The translations under genes were made by a program, and so were the position numbers. From a virus (lineage: Duplodnaviria; Caudoviricetes): 64,000 bases of DNA. Shown piece by piece: positions 19,680-27,925 of this stretch. Every line of letters begins with the position of its first letter. Positions within the stretch are counted from its first letter, which is position 1. The DNA lies in the IMG/VR virus record IMGVR_UViG_3300028591_000109, positions 32,001 through 96,000 of that record; one strand, written 5' to 3'. Below the pieces are notes generated by a model, which ran no database searches, was not told where the DNA came from, and was given only the letters and a program-made list of their open reading frames with translations.

Positions 19680-20074
19680 AGATTATAGACCGCGAGACAT
19701 TCAAGCGGATGCCGAAAGGCACCGTGTTCTGCAAGTTCCCAAGGCTGAACAAGCAGACGAACAGCTACGACAACTATCTGTTCAGCATACAGACGCCCTG
19801 CATACTCGACGGGCCATGGGACGTGGACTTCTATAGCACGGAGATAGGCAACCTTGACGCCTGCGCCGCACAGTCTGATTCGGAGAACGACGACATCCTC
19901 ACAGACATGGAGCAGCATCTGGGCAAGGAATATCCCTTTGAGCACTGGACGGGGCGCGACGGCATGTTCGAGGACAACGACGAGGTGGGCTTTGCCATCT
20001 ACTCGCGTCAGGAGGTGCAGCAGATGATTGACCTGCTGCAGCAAGCCCTCAAAGACGGCTATCAAGAAGAATAA
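19676..20074 (+). CDS. hypothetical protein
   Basis: Start at ATGA overlap (MKIIDRETFKRMPKGTVF). Confidence 0.75.
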   Translation: MKIIDRETFKRMPKGTVFCKFPRLNKQTNSYDNYLFSIQTPCILDGPWDVDFYSTEIGNLDACAAQSDSENDDILTDMEQHLGKEYPFEHWTGRDGMFEDNDEVGFAIYSRQEVQQMIDLLQQALKDGYQEE

Positions 20075-20135
20075 TTTTTAATCTAATTTTTAACTAATTT
20101 CCCTGCGACAGCAGGCTTAAAAAACAAGAACGATT

Positions 20136-20690
20136 ATGAGCAGTGAAGAAAAATGGTTGCCCATAAAGGATGCACCAGAAAGTTACGAGGTAAGTTCTTT
20201 AGGGAATGTGCGCTCTATCGGCTTTAAGAATCAATGGGGATTCCACCGACGAAAGAGTCCAAAGATGCTCAAACCTCAATACAATTACAAGGGATATAAG
20301 ATGGTTATGCTTTGCATCAAGAATAAAAAAGTTGGCAGACTTATCCACCGTCTCGTCGCTGAAGCCTTTATCGGATTATTAGACGGCAAAGAAGTAAACC
20401 ACGTCAACGGAATTAAAGATGATAACCGCGTAGAGAACCTGGAACTTTGTACTCACTCCGAAAATATGCAGCACGCATATCATGTACTCGGAATCCCAGC
20501 CACTCGGCAGCGAGCATATAGCGCGAAGCGAAAGGCCATCCAATGCCTTGATAGCAATGACCAGGTTGTAGCAGAGTATATGAGCGCAAGAGAAGCCGCT
20601 GAGAAAATCGGGCATAGCCACGCTCAAATATCTATTGCGGCTCGGAAGGAAGGAGAAGTGTATGGTTTCAAATGGAGATATAAACAATAG
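20136..20690 (+). CDS. NUMOD4-HNH homing-type endonuclease
   Basis: W.PI....YEVSSLGNVRS (NUMOD4); HRLVAEAF...VNH.NG.K.DN.VENLE.CT.SEN..H; lower GC than flanks. Confidence 0.92.
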   Translation: MSSEEKWLPIKDAPESYEVSSLGNVRSIGFKNQWGFHRRKSPKMLKPQYNYKGYKMVMLCIKNKKVGRLIHRLVAEAFIGLLDGKEVNHVNGIKDDNRVENLELCTHSENMQHAYHVLGIPATRQRAYSAKRKAIQCLDSNDQVVAEYMSAREAAEKIGHSHAQISIAARKEGEVYGFKWRYKQ

Positions 20691-20708
20691 TATTTAATTA
20701 ACAAAGAA

Positions 20709-21173
20709 ATGATTATGAGACAGATTCAAGCAACATGGTTTGAGTGCAAGATTCGTTACGAGAAGACAATGGAGGACGGCTTGCAGAAGAAAGTGACAGA
20801 ACAGCATGTCGTGGATGCCCTCAGTTTCAGCGAGGCCGAGCAGCGCATCATCGAGGAAATGTCCGCCTACATCAGCGGTGAGTTCGAGGTGACCGACGTG
20901 AAGAAGGCACCTTACAAGGAGGTGTTCTTCGACGACAAGAGCGACCGCTGGTACAAGGCCAAGCTCGCGTTCATCACCATCGACGAGAAGACGGAGAAGG
21001 AGAAGCGCAGCAACGTCACCTACCTGGTGCAGGCCGCCACGCTCGACGGCGCCGTAACCCACATCAACGAAGTGATGGACGGCACGATGATAGACTACGA
21101 GAAGTCGAACATCGCCGAGACCAAGATTATGGATGTCTTCGAGTACAAGAAAGAGGAGGACAGCGAGGTGTGA
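20709..21173 (+). CDS. DUF4494 family protein
   Basis: WFECKIRYEKTMEDG.QKKVTE..VVDALSFSEAE..IIEEM. Confidence 0.88.
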   Translation: MIMRQIQATWFECKIRYEKTMEDGLQKKVTEQHVVDALSFSEAEQRIIEEMSAYISGEFEVTDVKKAPYKEVFFDDKSDRWYKAKLAFITIDEKTEKEKRSNVTYLVQAATLDGAVTHINEVMDGTMIDYEKSNIAETKIMDVFEYKKEEDSEV

Positions 21174-21281
21174 TTTTTTAAACACGAATTGCCACGAATT
21201 GAACACGAATTTTTCACGAATAATCATTTATGGAAATTCATGGATAATTAACGGCAATTCGTGTTAAAACAAAAACAAGCA

Positions 21282-21707
21282 ATGAAGAAACAGAAAGTTT
21301 ATATCTCTGGCCCGATGACTTCGAGCGACAGCGAGGAGCAGGCGCGGAACGTTCAGGCGTTCCACGACTGCGCCACGCTGCTGCGGGCCTCGGGCTGCCG
21401 ACCCGTGAACCCGGCCAACGCCTGGCCCTGCCGGTTCAAGTGGCTCTACAAGGCGATGGAGCGCCTGCTGGGCGAGGACGGTGCCTACCGCACGGTGCTC
21501 GTCTATGACCTCTGGCTACTGTCCCGCTCGGACAACATCTGCATGATAGACGGCTGGCAGCTGTCGCGCGGCGCAAAGATTGAGGAGGGCTTCGCCTTCC
21601 GTCTCGGCATCGTCCGAAGTCACACCTACGACCCAAAGCAGAAGAAGCTCATGCCCTTTCAGAAAGACAAGAAGAAGCGTAAATTAGAAACATCAAACAA
21701 AGAATAG
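21282..21707 (+). CDS. DUF4406 (deoxyribosyltransferase-like fold) protein
   Basis: KVYISGPMT...F...VNPA...GWQLSRGAKIE. Confidence 0.82.
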   Translation: MKKQKVYISGPMTSSDSEEQARNVQAFHDCATLLRASGCRPVNPANAWPCRFKWLYKAMERLLGEDGAYRTVLVYDLWLLSRSDNICMIDGWQLSRGAKIEEGFAFRLGIVRSHTYDPKQKKLMPFQKDKKKRKLETSNKE

Positions 21708-21711
21708 CAAA

Positions 21712-22122
21712 ATGGATCTTACAGGAACAATCATTCAAGTGATGCCCGCACAGTCGGGCGTCTCGCAGCGTAGCGGCAATCCGTGGATGTCGCAGGAGTA
21801 TGTCATGGAAGTGCCCGGCCAGTGGCCGCGCCACATCGTCTTCCGTATCTTCGGTGAAGACCGCATCAAGCAGTTCAACATTCAGCAAGGCGAGCAGAAC
21901 GTCACCATCCAGTTCGACATCGACGCACACGAGTACAACGGTCGCTGGTTTAACGAAATCCGCTGTTACAACGTGCTCCGATCAGTCGGGCAGCAGCCGT
22001 ATCAGCAGCAGGCTCAGCCGTCAGCCGTCAGCCCTCAGCCATCGCCGGCCCCATTCCCGCCGCAGGTGAACGCCCAGGGCCAGCCAGCAGGACAGCAGGG
22101 AACCGACGACCTGCCGTTCTGA
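21712..22122 (+). CDS. DUF3127 family, putative ssDNA-binding protein
   Basis: GVSQRSGNPW..QEYV...FGEDRI...FDIDAHEYNGRWFN; DDLPF tail. Confidence 0.88.
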   Translation: MDLTGTIIQVMPAQSGVSQRSGNPWMSQEYVMEVPGQWPRHIVFRIFGEDRIKQFNIQQGEQNVTIQFDIDAHEYNGRWFNEIRCYNVLRSVGQQPYQQQAQPSAVSPQPSPAPFPPQVNAQGQPAGQQGTDDLPF

Positions 22123-22194
22123 TACAGGGTCGCTACGCTCGAAATTATTTTTAAAATTATTATTTAAAATTTTATTTAGAATTTATTTGGCGAT

Positions 22195-22776
22195 ATGACA
22201 GACAACGTAAGACAAGAGACATTCGACCTCGTGACCATGACGCGGCAGGCCCAAGAGAACGTAAAGGACAACCGCGAGTATAAGAAACTGAGCAAGGAAC
22301 TGGCACAGCTCAACCCACGGCGCGACCTGCTGAAGTACCAGCTCGTGCAGACCAAGATGCGCTACATGGAGCAACAGGAGCTGGAGCGGCTGCAGCAGCG
22401 GGAGATGAACCGCCGCAAGGACATCAAGGCAATAGCCGAGATGCTGCAAGGCGAACAGCGACAGCAGTACGACGAACTGCTGTCGGGCATCTCGCTGCTG
22501 CTCGACCTGATGGACTCGACGTTCAGCGACCTGAACCTGCTGCTGATGCGCAACAAGGTGGGCATACAGATAGACAAGTTCCCCGAACTGCAGGCCGCCC
22601 GCAAGATGCTGTGGGACATGGCGAACGACGAGCAGGACAAGATGCCGCAGTACCGACACGACCTCTGGGCCGACGAGAGCGAACGGCTCTACAAGCACCT
22701 GCGCGACCGCATGGCCATATACCGCCGCAAGGTGGAGCGCGAGGAAGCACGGATGGATAAGCAGCAGGGCGCATAA
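22195..22776 (+). CDS. hypothetical helical protein
   Basis: 193-aa ORF. Confidence 0.75.
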   Translation: MTDNVRQETFDLVTMTRQAQENVKDNREYKKLSKELAQLNPRRDLLKYQLVQTKMRYMEQQELERLQQREMNRRKDIKAIAEMLQGEQRQQYDELLSGISLLLDLMDSTFSDLNLLLMRNKVGIQIDKFPELQAARKMLWDMANDEQDKMPQYRHDLWADESERLYKHLRDRMAIYRRKVEREEARMDKQQGA

Positions 22777-22809
22777 CGTATTCACACATATAATATATAT
22801 AAGAGCGAT

Positions 22810-23880
22810 ATGACACATGCATCAGTATTCAGCGGCATCGGCGGCCCGGAGGTGGCGGCAAGCATGCTCGGATGGGAGAACCTGTTCCACTGCGAGATCA
22901 ATCCCTTCGGTCGCGCCGTGCTCGACTACTGGTACCCTAACGCAGAATCGTATGAAGACATCACAAAGACAGACTTCACAGAGTGGCGCGGACGCATCGA
23001 CGTGCTCACAGGCGGATTCCCCTGCCAGCCGTTCAGTTTTGCCGGGAAGCGACGAGGCGCGGATGATGACCGCTACCTCTGGCCTTTCATGTTTAAGTGC
23101 ATCGACCAGATCAGACCCACTTGGGTCGTTGGTGAAAACGTTGCTGGCATCGTCACGATGGTCGAGCAGGGCCAGACTATTGACATGGCGGACGCGCCAA
23201 CTTTGTTCGACGAGGACGGTGCCGTTCACCGATACGAATACCGCAGCACCTTCACCCTCGAACGAATCTGCCGTGACCTCGAAACGCACGGATACGATGT
23301 CCAGCCGGTGCTTATTCCAGCTTGTGCCGTCGGAGCCCCTCACAGACGAGACCGAGTGTTCATCGTCGGACGTAGAATTTCTGCCGACACCGAAAGCGTC
23401 GGACAACTCGACGGGGATAGGCAAGAACGAAGTGCCATACTTGGACGGTCACATCTGGAGGCGACCCAACGGGGTGTCGATGCGACTGAGTTCTATGGCA
23501 AATCGGAATCTCCTGCCGACACCTCAGATGCAGGACTACAACACGGGCATCAGTCAGAAGGCGAAGGCTGCAAAACTGGAGCGATACAAGGACAGGGGCA
23601 TAATCCCTTCTGGGACGTATATGCTCAGGCAGATGGCTATCGAGGGGAAACTGCCGAAGCCGAATGGTCTGGTTGTGCCGGAAACGGACGGTGGCAACAC
23701 TTCCCGACTGTCTCCCCTGTTCACCGAGGAAATGATGGGCTTCCCTTTGATGTGGACTGCCTTACCATACCTTTCACCAAATGGCGCAACGAGGCCCTCA
23801 AAGCCTACGGCAACGCCATCGTCCCGCAAGTGATGTACGAGATATTCCGCGCTATCGAGCAAGTAGAAAACGAAAGATAA
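22810..23880 (+). CDS. C5-cytosine DNA methyltransferase, alpha chain (lacks motif IX)
   Basis: FSGIGG (I), GGFPCQPFS (IV), ENV (VI), HRRDRVF (VIII), YGNAIVPQV (X). Confidence 0.92.
   Translation: MTHASVFSGIGGPEVAASMLGWENLFHCEINPFGRAVLDYWYPNAESYEDITKTDFTEWRGRIDVLTGGFPCQPFSFAGKRRGADDDRYLWPFMFKCIDQIRPTWVVGENVAGIVTMVEQGQTIDMADAPTLFDEDGAVHRYEYRSTFTLERICRDLETHGYDVQPVLIPACAVGAPHRRDRVFIVGRRISADTESVGQLDGDRQERSAILGRSHLEATQRGVDATEFYGKSESPADTSDAGLQHGHQSEGEGCKTGAIQGQGHNPFWDVYAQADGYRGETAEAEWSGCAGNGRWQHFPTVSPVHRGNDGLPFDVDCLTIPFTKWRNEALKAYGNAIVPQVMYEIFRAIEQVENER
22952..23833 (+). CDS. overlapping +1-frame ORF: putative methyltransferase beta chain (motif IX/TRD); start uncertain
   Basis: Frame open 22817-23833; LPTPKASD and LLPTPQMQD repeats and RLSPLFTEEMMGFPLMWT. 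Confidence 0.7.
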   Translation: MKTSQRQTSQSGADASTCSQADSPASRSVLPGSDEARMMTATSGLSCLSASTRSDPLGSLVKTLLASSRWSSRARLLTWRTRQLCSTRTVPFTDTNTAAPSPSNESAVTSKRTDTMSSRCLFQLVPSEPLTDETECSSSDVEFLPTPKASDNSTGIGKNEVPYLDGHIWRRPNGVSMRLSSMANRNLLPTPQMQDYNTGISQKAKAAKLERYKDRGIIPSGTYMLRQMAIEGKLPKPNGLVVPETDGGNTSRLSPLFTEEMMGFPLMWTALPYLSPNGATRPSKPTATPSSRK

Positions 23881-23882
23881 TA

Positions 23883-24293
23883 ATGACAATGACAAAGAAA
23901 ACATCAACACCTATTGACCCGGAGTTCCAGAAGTTCTGGGACGCATACGGCCTGAAGCGCGACCGTGTGGCCGCCGAGCGGGCGTGGCGGAAGCTCTCGA
24001 AGGGCGACCGCCGCGCCGCCCTTGCGGGCATCGCCCGCTACCGCGACGACTGCGAGGCACGGGGCATCCAGCGCATGTACGCCCAAGGCTATCTGAACCA
24101 CCGACGGTGGGAGGATGAACAGGAAGACCCCACCCCGACCCTCCCCTGTATGGGAGGGAGTGATATGCACAGAAGCGACGCCACCGCCGCCAAAGGTAAC
24201 TACTCCCCTCCATCACAGGGAAAGGCTACGGGTAGGCGCGACAGCGGGAATGAGGACGGGGGTGGGTCTCTCCCCGACATGGCGATATGGTGA
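23883..24293 (+). CDS. replication-initiator C-terminal-like protein with repeat-derived tail
   Basis: F.KFW.AY..K.....A..AW.KL...YLN.RRWEDE pattern. Confidence 0.6.
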   Translation: MTMTKKTSTPIDPEFQKFWDAYGLKRDRVAAERAWRKLSKGDRRAALAGIARYRDDCEARGIQRMYAQGYLNHRRWEDEQEDPTPTLPCMGGSDMHRSDATAAKGNYSPPSQGKATGRRDSGNEDGGGSLPDMAIW

Positions 24294-24381
24294 CGCTTAT
24301 TTCAGGCCGACAGGCCGAATAATTTTTAATCTAATTTTTGAATAATTTCTGCCCGACAGGGCATCCCAAAACAAGAAGACA

Positions 24382-24570
24382 ATGACACAGAAAATCATCT
24401 ACTACTTAGTCCTGGCGCTGGTGCTCGTAGCAGTGCCGATGGCCCTTGCCTGGCTGCTGCCTATCCGCCTGATGGTGGGCGTGCTGGCCGTTACCCAACT
24501 GCTCACGCTTATCATCGTGGGCGCAGTAATCCAAGACCTAAAACCCCGCAAAGACCATGAGCAAGAATAA
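24382..24570 (+). CDS. small membrane protein
   Basis: Two hydrophobic helices. Confidence 0.65.
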   Translation: MTQKIIYYLVLALVLVAVPMALAWLLPIRLMVGVLAVTQLLTLIIVGAVIQDLKPRKDHEQE

Positions 24571-25048
24571 ACACCAAGACCTCCAGCCCTGGCTCGATTA
24601 TTTCAAGATGTTGCAGCAGTACGAGGCCAAGGGCTTCCTACAAATGAACCCCAAGGAGCATGAGGCATACATCACCCGCGCCGCGCTGCTGACGCTAAAC
24701 CCCACCCCGGCCCTCCCCGAAGGAGAGGGGGATTCCGCTAACGGCAAAGCTCTTCACGACACTGTGACCCGCCTCCGTGCCTACGCCGCCTACCGCTGGG
24801 CCCCTACCGTCGGCCAGCAGCATCCCGTCGACATAAACGACCCCGATGCTGAGATACCCGTCATTCCCATCGAGGAACTGACCGCCTACTTCTCGCAGCC
24901 CTTCGCCATCCACATCGTCAAGGAAGACTACCCCCACGACCTGCTGCTCACGCTGCTGCTCCAGCAGAAGCGCTCATGGCGCACGGCATGGCGCACCGTT
25001 GACACCATCGAAGTTATCGACTACACAGAAATTGAAAAACAGACATGA
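24557..25048 (+). CDS. hypothetical protein
   Basis: 163-aa ORF; contains the palindrome-derived peptide NPTPALPEGEG. Confidence 0.7.
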   Translation: MSKNKHQDLQPWLDYFKMLQQYEAKGFLQMNPKEHEAYITRAALLTLNPTPALPEGEGDSANGKALHDTVTRLRAYAAYRWAPTVGQQHPVDINDPDAEIPVIPIEELTAYFSQPFAIHIVKEDYPHDLLLTLLLQQKRSWRTAWRTVDTIEVIDYTEIEKQT

Positions 25049-25857
25049 CAGCCGAACAAGAGAACTTACTACGCAGACATTACGCCGACACGCGGACAGA
25101 CCTGTTGGCAGAAGAACTGGGCGTGAGCTACCGTACCGTGTGCCGGTGGGCAGCCAGCCTTGGACTGAAGAAGCATGAGGACTTCCGGCAGGGCTTCAGT
25201 GCCATCAACGGCAGCATGGAGCGCAACTGGAGCCACCGCCCGAAAGGCGCAGGCGCAAAACTCTCGGCAGAGGTGACGGAATACCTGCGCCGACACTATG
25301 CCACGACCGACAACCGCGTGCTGGCCGCCCACTTCCAGGTGAACGACCGTACCATCCGCCGCTGGGCCGACAGGCTCGCGCTGCGCAAGGACAACGACTG
25401 GATAAATATGCACCGTGCAGTCAGACACGGCATGACGCCCGAACAGCGGTTCCAGCTGGTAGCCACCGTCCGCGAACTCTACCCAGACGGCTTGCACGAC
25501 GAGGAGCTTGTAAGGCGTACAGGCTATAGTTTCAGTTCTATTCAGGTGATTGCGGGAAAATATGGCATCCGCCGCTCAGAAGAGTGCATCCGTCGCCATC
25601 AGCAGAAAATAGGTGAAATCAGTAAACGACTGGCCGCTGAAGGAAAACTGAAACACGAAAAGACCCGCCAGCTGGAAGCCGTGGTGCAACGCGAGTATGC
25701 CACCGCCGATAACGATGAACTGGCACGTCGGCTTGGCATCAGCATCGGGTATGTAAAACAGATGGCCGGCCGGCTCGGACTGAAGAAAACCCGCGAGTAT
25801 CGCAGCGAACAGTTACGAAGACCAAGGAAAAATCGTAAATCACAAAAGAACAAATGA
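25045..25857 (+). CDS. protein of four tandem HTH-like repeats
   Basis: Four units of L.R.Y.....LA..LG.S...V...A..LGL.K. Confidence 0.75.
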   Translation: MTAEQENLLRRHYADTRTDLLAEELGVSYRTVCRWAASLGLKKHEDFRQGFSAINGSMERNWSHRPKGAGAKLSAEVTEYLRRHYATTDNRVLAAHFQVNDRTIRRWADRLALRKDNDWINMHRAVRHGMTPEQRFQLVATVRELYPDGLHDEELVRRTGYSFSSIQVIAGKYGIRRSEECIRRHQQKIGEISKRLAAEGKLKHEKTRQLEAVVQREYATADNDELARRLGISIGYVKQMAGRLGLKKTREYRSEQLRRPRKNRKSQKNK

Positions 25858-26330
25858 CCAAACCTAAATTCATTTACGGCGATCGCATCCGCCGAAAGGC
25901 GGGCGGGCCGATAGAGACCGTCCACGACATCAGCGCGACGGCCTACTACTTCGAGGGCGGGGGCTTCTGCCTGCGCGAGGACGAGGACTGCTACCGCTTA
26001 GAGGAAGCGGCTACGGGCTTCTTCCGCGTGGCAGACACCATCGACGGCATCAACCTGCACGACCACTCCAGCCACGGCTACGAAGACATGGCCGACTACC
26101 GCCGCGCCTTGCAGCAGCTCGTCGAGCGGTGGGGCGGGCGCACGGGCCAGTACGTCGGCTCGCGCCACCAGTTCCTGCGCCTGAAGTTTGCCGACCTCTA
26201 CCAGTGCGTCAGCGAGGAAGCATGGCTGCCGCTGTATCTCCTGAAGGCCGCTCCCATCCCCGAGCGCTTCCTCCAGCCGCCCCCCGACCCGTTCATCGAA
26301 GAACTCGACCGGGCCATGTGGGGAGAGTGA
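25854..26330 (+). CDS. hypothetical protein
   Basis: 158-aa ORF, ATGA overlap. Confidence 0.7.
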   Translation: MTKPKFIYGDRIRRKAGGPIETVHDISATAYYFEGGGFCLREDEDCYRLEEAATGFFRVADTIDGINLHDHSSHGYEDMADYRRALQQLVERWGGRTGQYVGSRHQFLRLKFADLYQCVSEEAWLPLYLLKAAPIPERFLQPPPDPFIEELDRAMWGE

Positions 26331-26408
26331 TGGCTGATGGAAGATGGAAGATGGAAGATGTGTGCGTCGGGGTCAGCCCTCATCCCTCAGCCCTCAGCCA
26401 TCCCTACT

Positions 26409-26441
26409 GCCCTTGAACTTCGTCGCCCAGCGACATATCTT
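26409..26441 (+). promoter_or_regulatory. phage-specific promoter motif copy 2
   Basis: GCCCTTGA-N19-TATCTT; ATG 6 nt downstream (likely leaderless). Confidence 0.7.
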
Positions 26442-26447
26442 GCCGGC

Positions 26448-27077
26448 ATGACACTGAAAGAGAAAATACAGAAATACTTCCGACGCAAGGCTGCCACCCA
26501 GACCCCTCGGCAGGAGGGGCAGGGGGTGGAGCCTGTTCCCCTCCGCATCGAGGGCGTGAAGCCAGCACCGCTCACACCCGAGCCCGACGACGCGGAGCTG
26601 GCGGCGCAGGCGCTGCTGGAGACGATGTGCGATGTAAGAAGTAAGAAGGAAGATGTAAGAGACGCTGCCGCCGACGCACATCAGCCATCATCCATCAGCC
26701 ATCAGCCATCGAAAAGCCATCAGCCATCAGTACGCGACGCTGCCTACTACCGGCGTCTGGCTGAGCGTATTCGTCTTGCACGGGACCAGGCGACATTGCG
26801 CACGATGCGCTTCGTAACATGGTGCGAGCAGGAGCTTGAGAAGCGTGACCTGCCCATAGAAGGCAAGGGCTCTCTGGCACAGATGGAAGCAGAACTCTAC
26901 AAGCGCATCGACACCATCGAGCGCGTAGGCGGCGAGCTAAAACACCGCTGGCAGCATTGCCTCGCAACCGTCATCGTCCGCCGCATGGAGGAAGAGAGGG
27001 AGGCGACGGAAGATGGAAGACGGAAGATGGAAGACGGAAGCGGCGAGGGCGGCGACCCGTCCGACCCCAATGAGTGA
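26448..27077 (+). CDS. hypothetical protein with three in-frame heptamer arrays
   Basis: Start reassigned to MTLKEKIQ right after the promoter motif. Confidence 0.65.
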   Translation: MTLKEKIQKYFRRKAATQTPRQEGQGVEPVPLRIEGVKPAPLTPEPDDAELAAQALLETMCDVRSKKEDVRDAAADAHQPSSISHQPSKSHQPSVRDAAYYRRLAERIRLARDQATLRTMRFVTWCEQELEKRDLPIEGKGSLAQMEAELYKRIDTIERVGGELKHRWQHCLATVIVRRMEEEREATEDGRRKMEDGSGEGGDPSDPNE

Positions 27078-27179
27078 AGCAGCGAGAGCAGTGCCATGCT
27101 CGCATGAGCACTGCCGAGTCGCGACCACTCTTCGACCGTAAGGTCAATGAGTAACATCGTAGGGTATTCTCTGAAAATA

Positions 27180-27230
27180 AAAGCCCGTCATCCGGCATCA
27201 GCATCCGGACGGCGGGCTTTCTTTGTTTTT
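27180..27230 (+). terminator. rho-independent terminator ending the early array
   Basis: AAAGCCCG...CGGGCTTT stem followed by T-rich tract. Confidence 0.65.
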
Positions 27231-27280
27231 CCATCACCCATCATCCATCTTCCATCTTCCATCAGCCATCATCCCCTCTC

Positions 27281-27313
27281 GCCCTTGATTTTGACGACAC
27301 ATAGCCCTATCTT
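27281..27313 (+). promoter_or_regulatory. phage-specific promoter motif copy 3
   Basis: GCCCTTGA-N19-TATCTT upstream of the tape-measure unit. Confidence 0.75.
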
Positions 27314-27331
27314 CCCCACAAAAAAACGACT

Positions 27332-27871
27332 ATGGCAGACAACAGACCAACGGCCCTGCAGCACGACCCATACGGCGAGAACATCGAACTGATGAAGTTC
27401 GACTGGCGCGACGAGCGCGTGATGAAGTGGATAGCCAAGTTCACGGAGTTCGGCGAACTCGACTCCAAGGGCAACATCCAGCGGCAGCGGGCCATACAGT
27501 CGGGCGCACTGCTGCGCTCCGTCAAGTGGCGCACGTGGAACGACTGCGGCGGCAACCGCCAGGTGTTCGAGGCCAAGTATCTCTACTACTCCAAGTTCGT
27601 CGAGCTGGCCCTCGGGCGCAGCATGCCGTTCATCGGCCTGCCTCCCGCCATCGCCGGGCGCAAGTGGCAGCCCATCCGCATGCCCGACGGTCGCCCGCGC
27701 CGTGCCAAGCCCTCGATACCCACCGAGATGCGCAAGCAGGCATCGAAGTTCATCACCATGCTCGAAGACCGCTACTCCTACCACGGACTGGCCCTCATGG
27801 TCTATGCCCTCGGGCCCTCGGTGCAGAACCGCAGGCTCATACAGCGCCTGCTCGACGAGGGCCGCGCCTGA
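27332..27871 (+). CDS. putative tail-completion/neck protein
   Basis: Basic 179-aa ORF with SGALLRSV and Y..FVE motifs directly before the tape measure gene. Confidence 0.5.
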   Translation: MADNRPTALQHDPYGENIELMKFDWRDERVMKWIAKFTEFGELDSKGNIQRQRAIQSGALLRSVKWRTWNDCGGNRQVFEAKYLYYSKFVELALGRSMPFIGLPPAIAGRKWQPIRMPDGRPRRAKPSIPTEMRKQASKFITMLEDRYSYHGLALMVYALGPSVQNRRLIQRLLDEGRA

Positions 27872-27925
27872 GCCCGCCATCATCCCCACAACACAACAAA
27901 CAACACATAGACACAGCATACCACT

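Noticed and set aside
26337-26447. N-terminal extension of ORF 26337..27077
   Set aside because: Consists of heptamer arrays and the promoter motif; ATG 26448 is preferred
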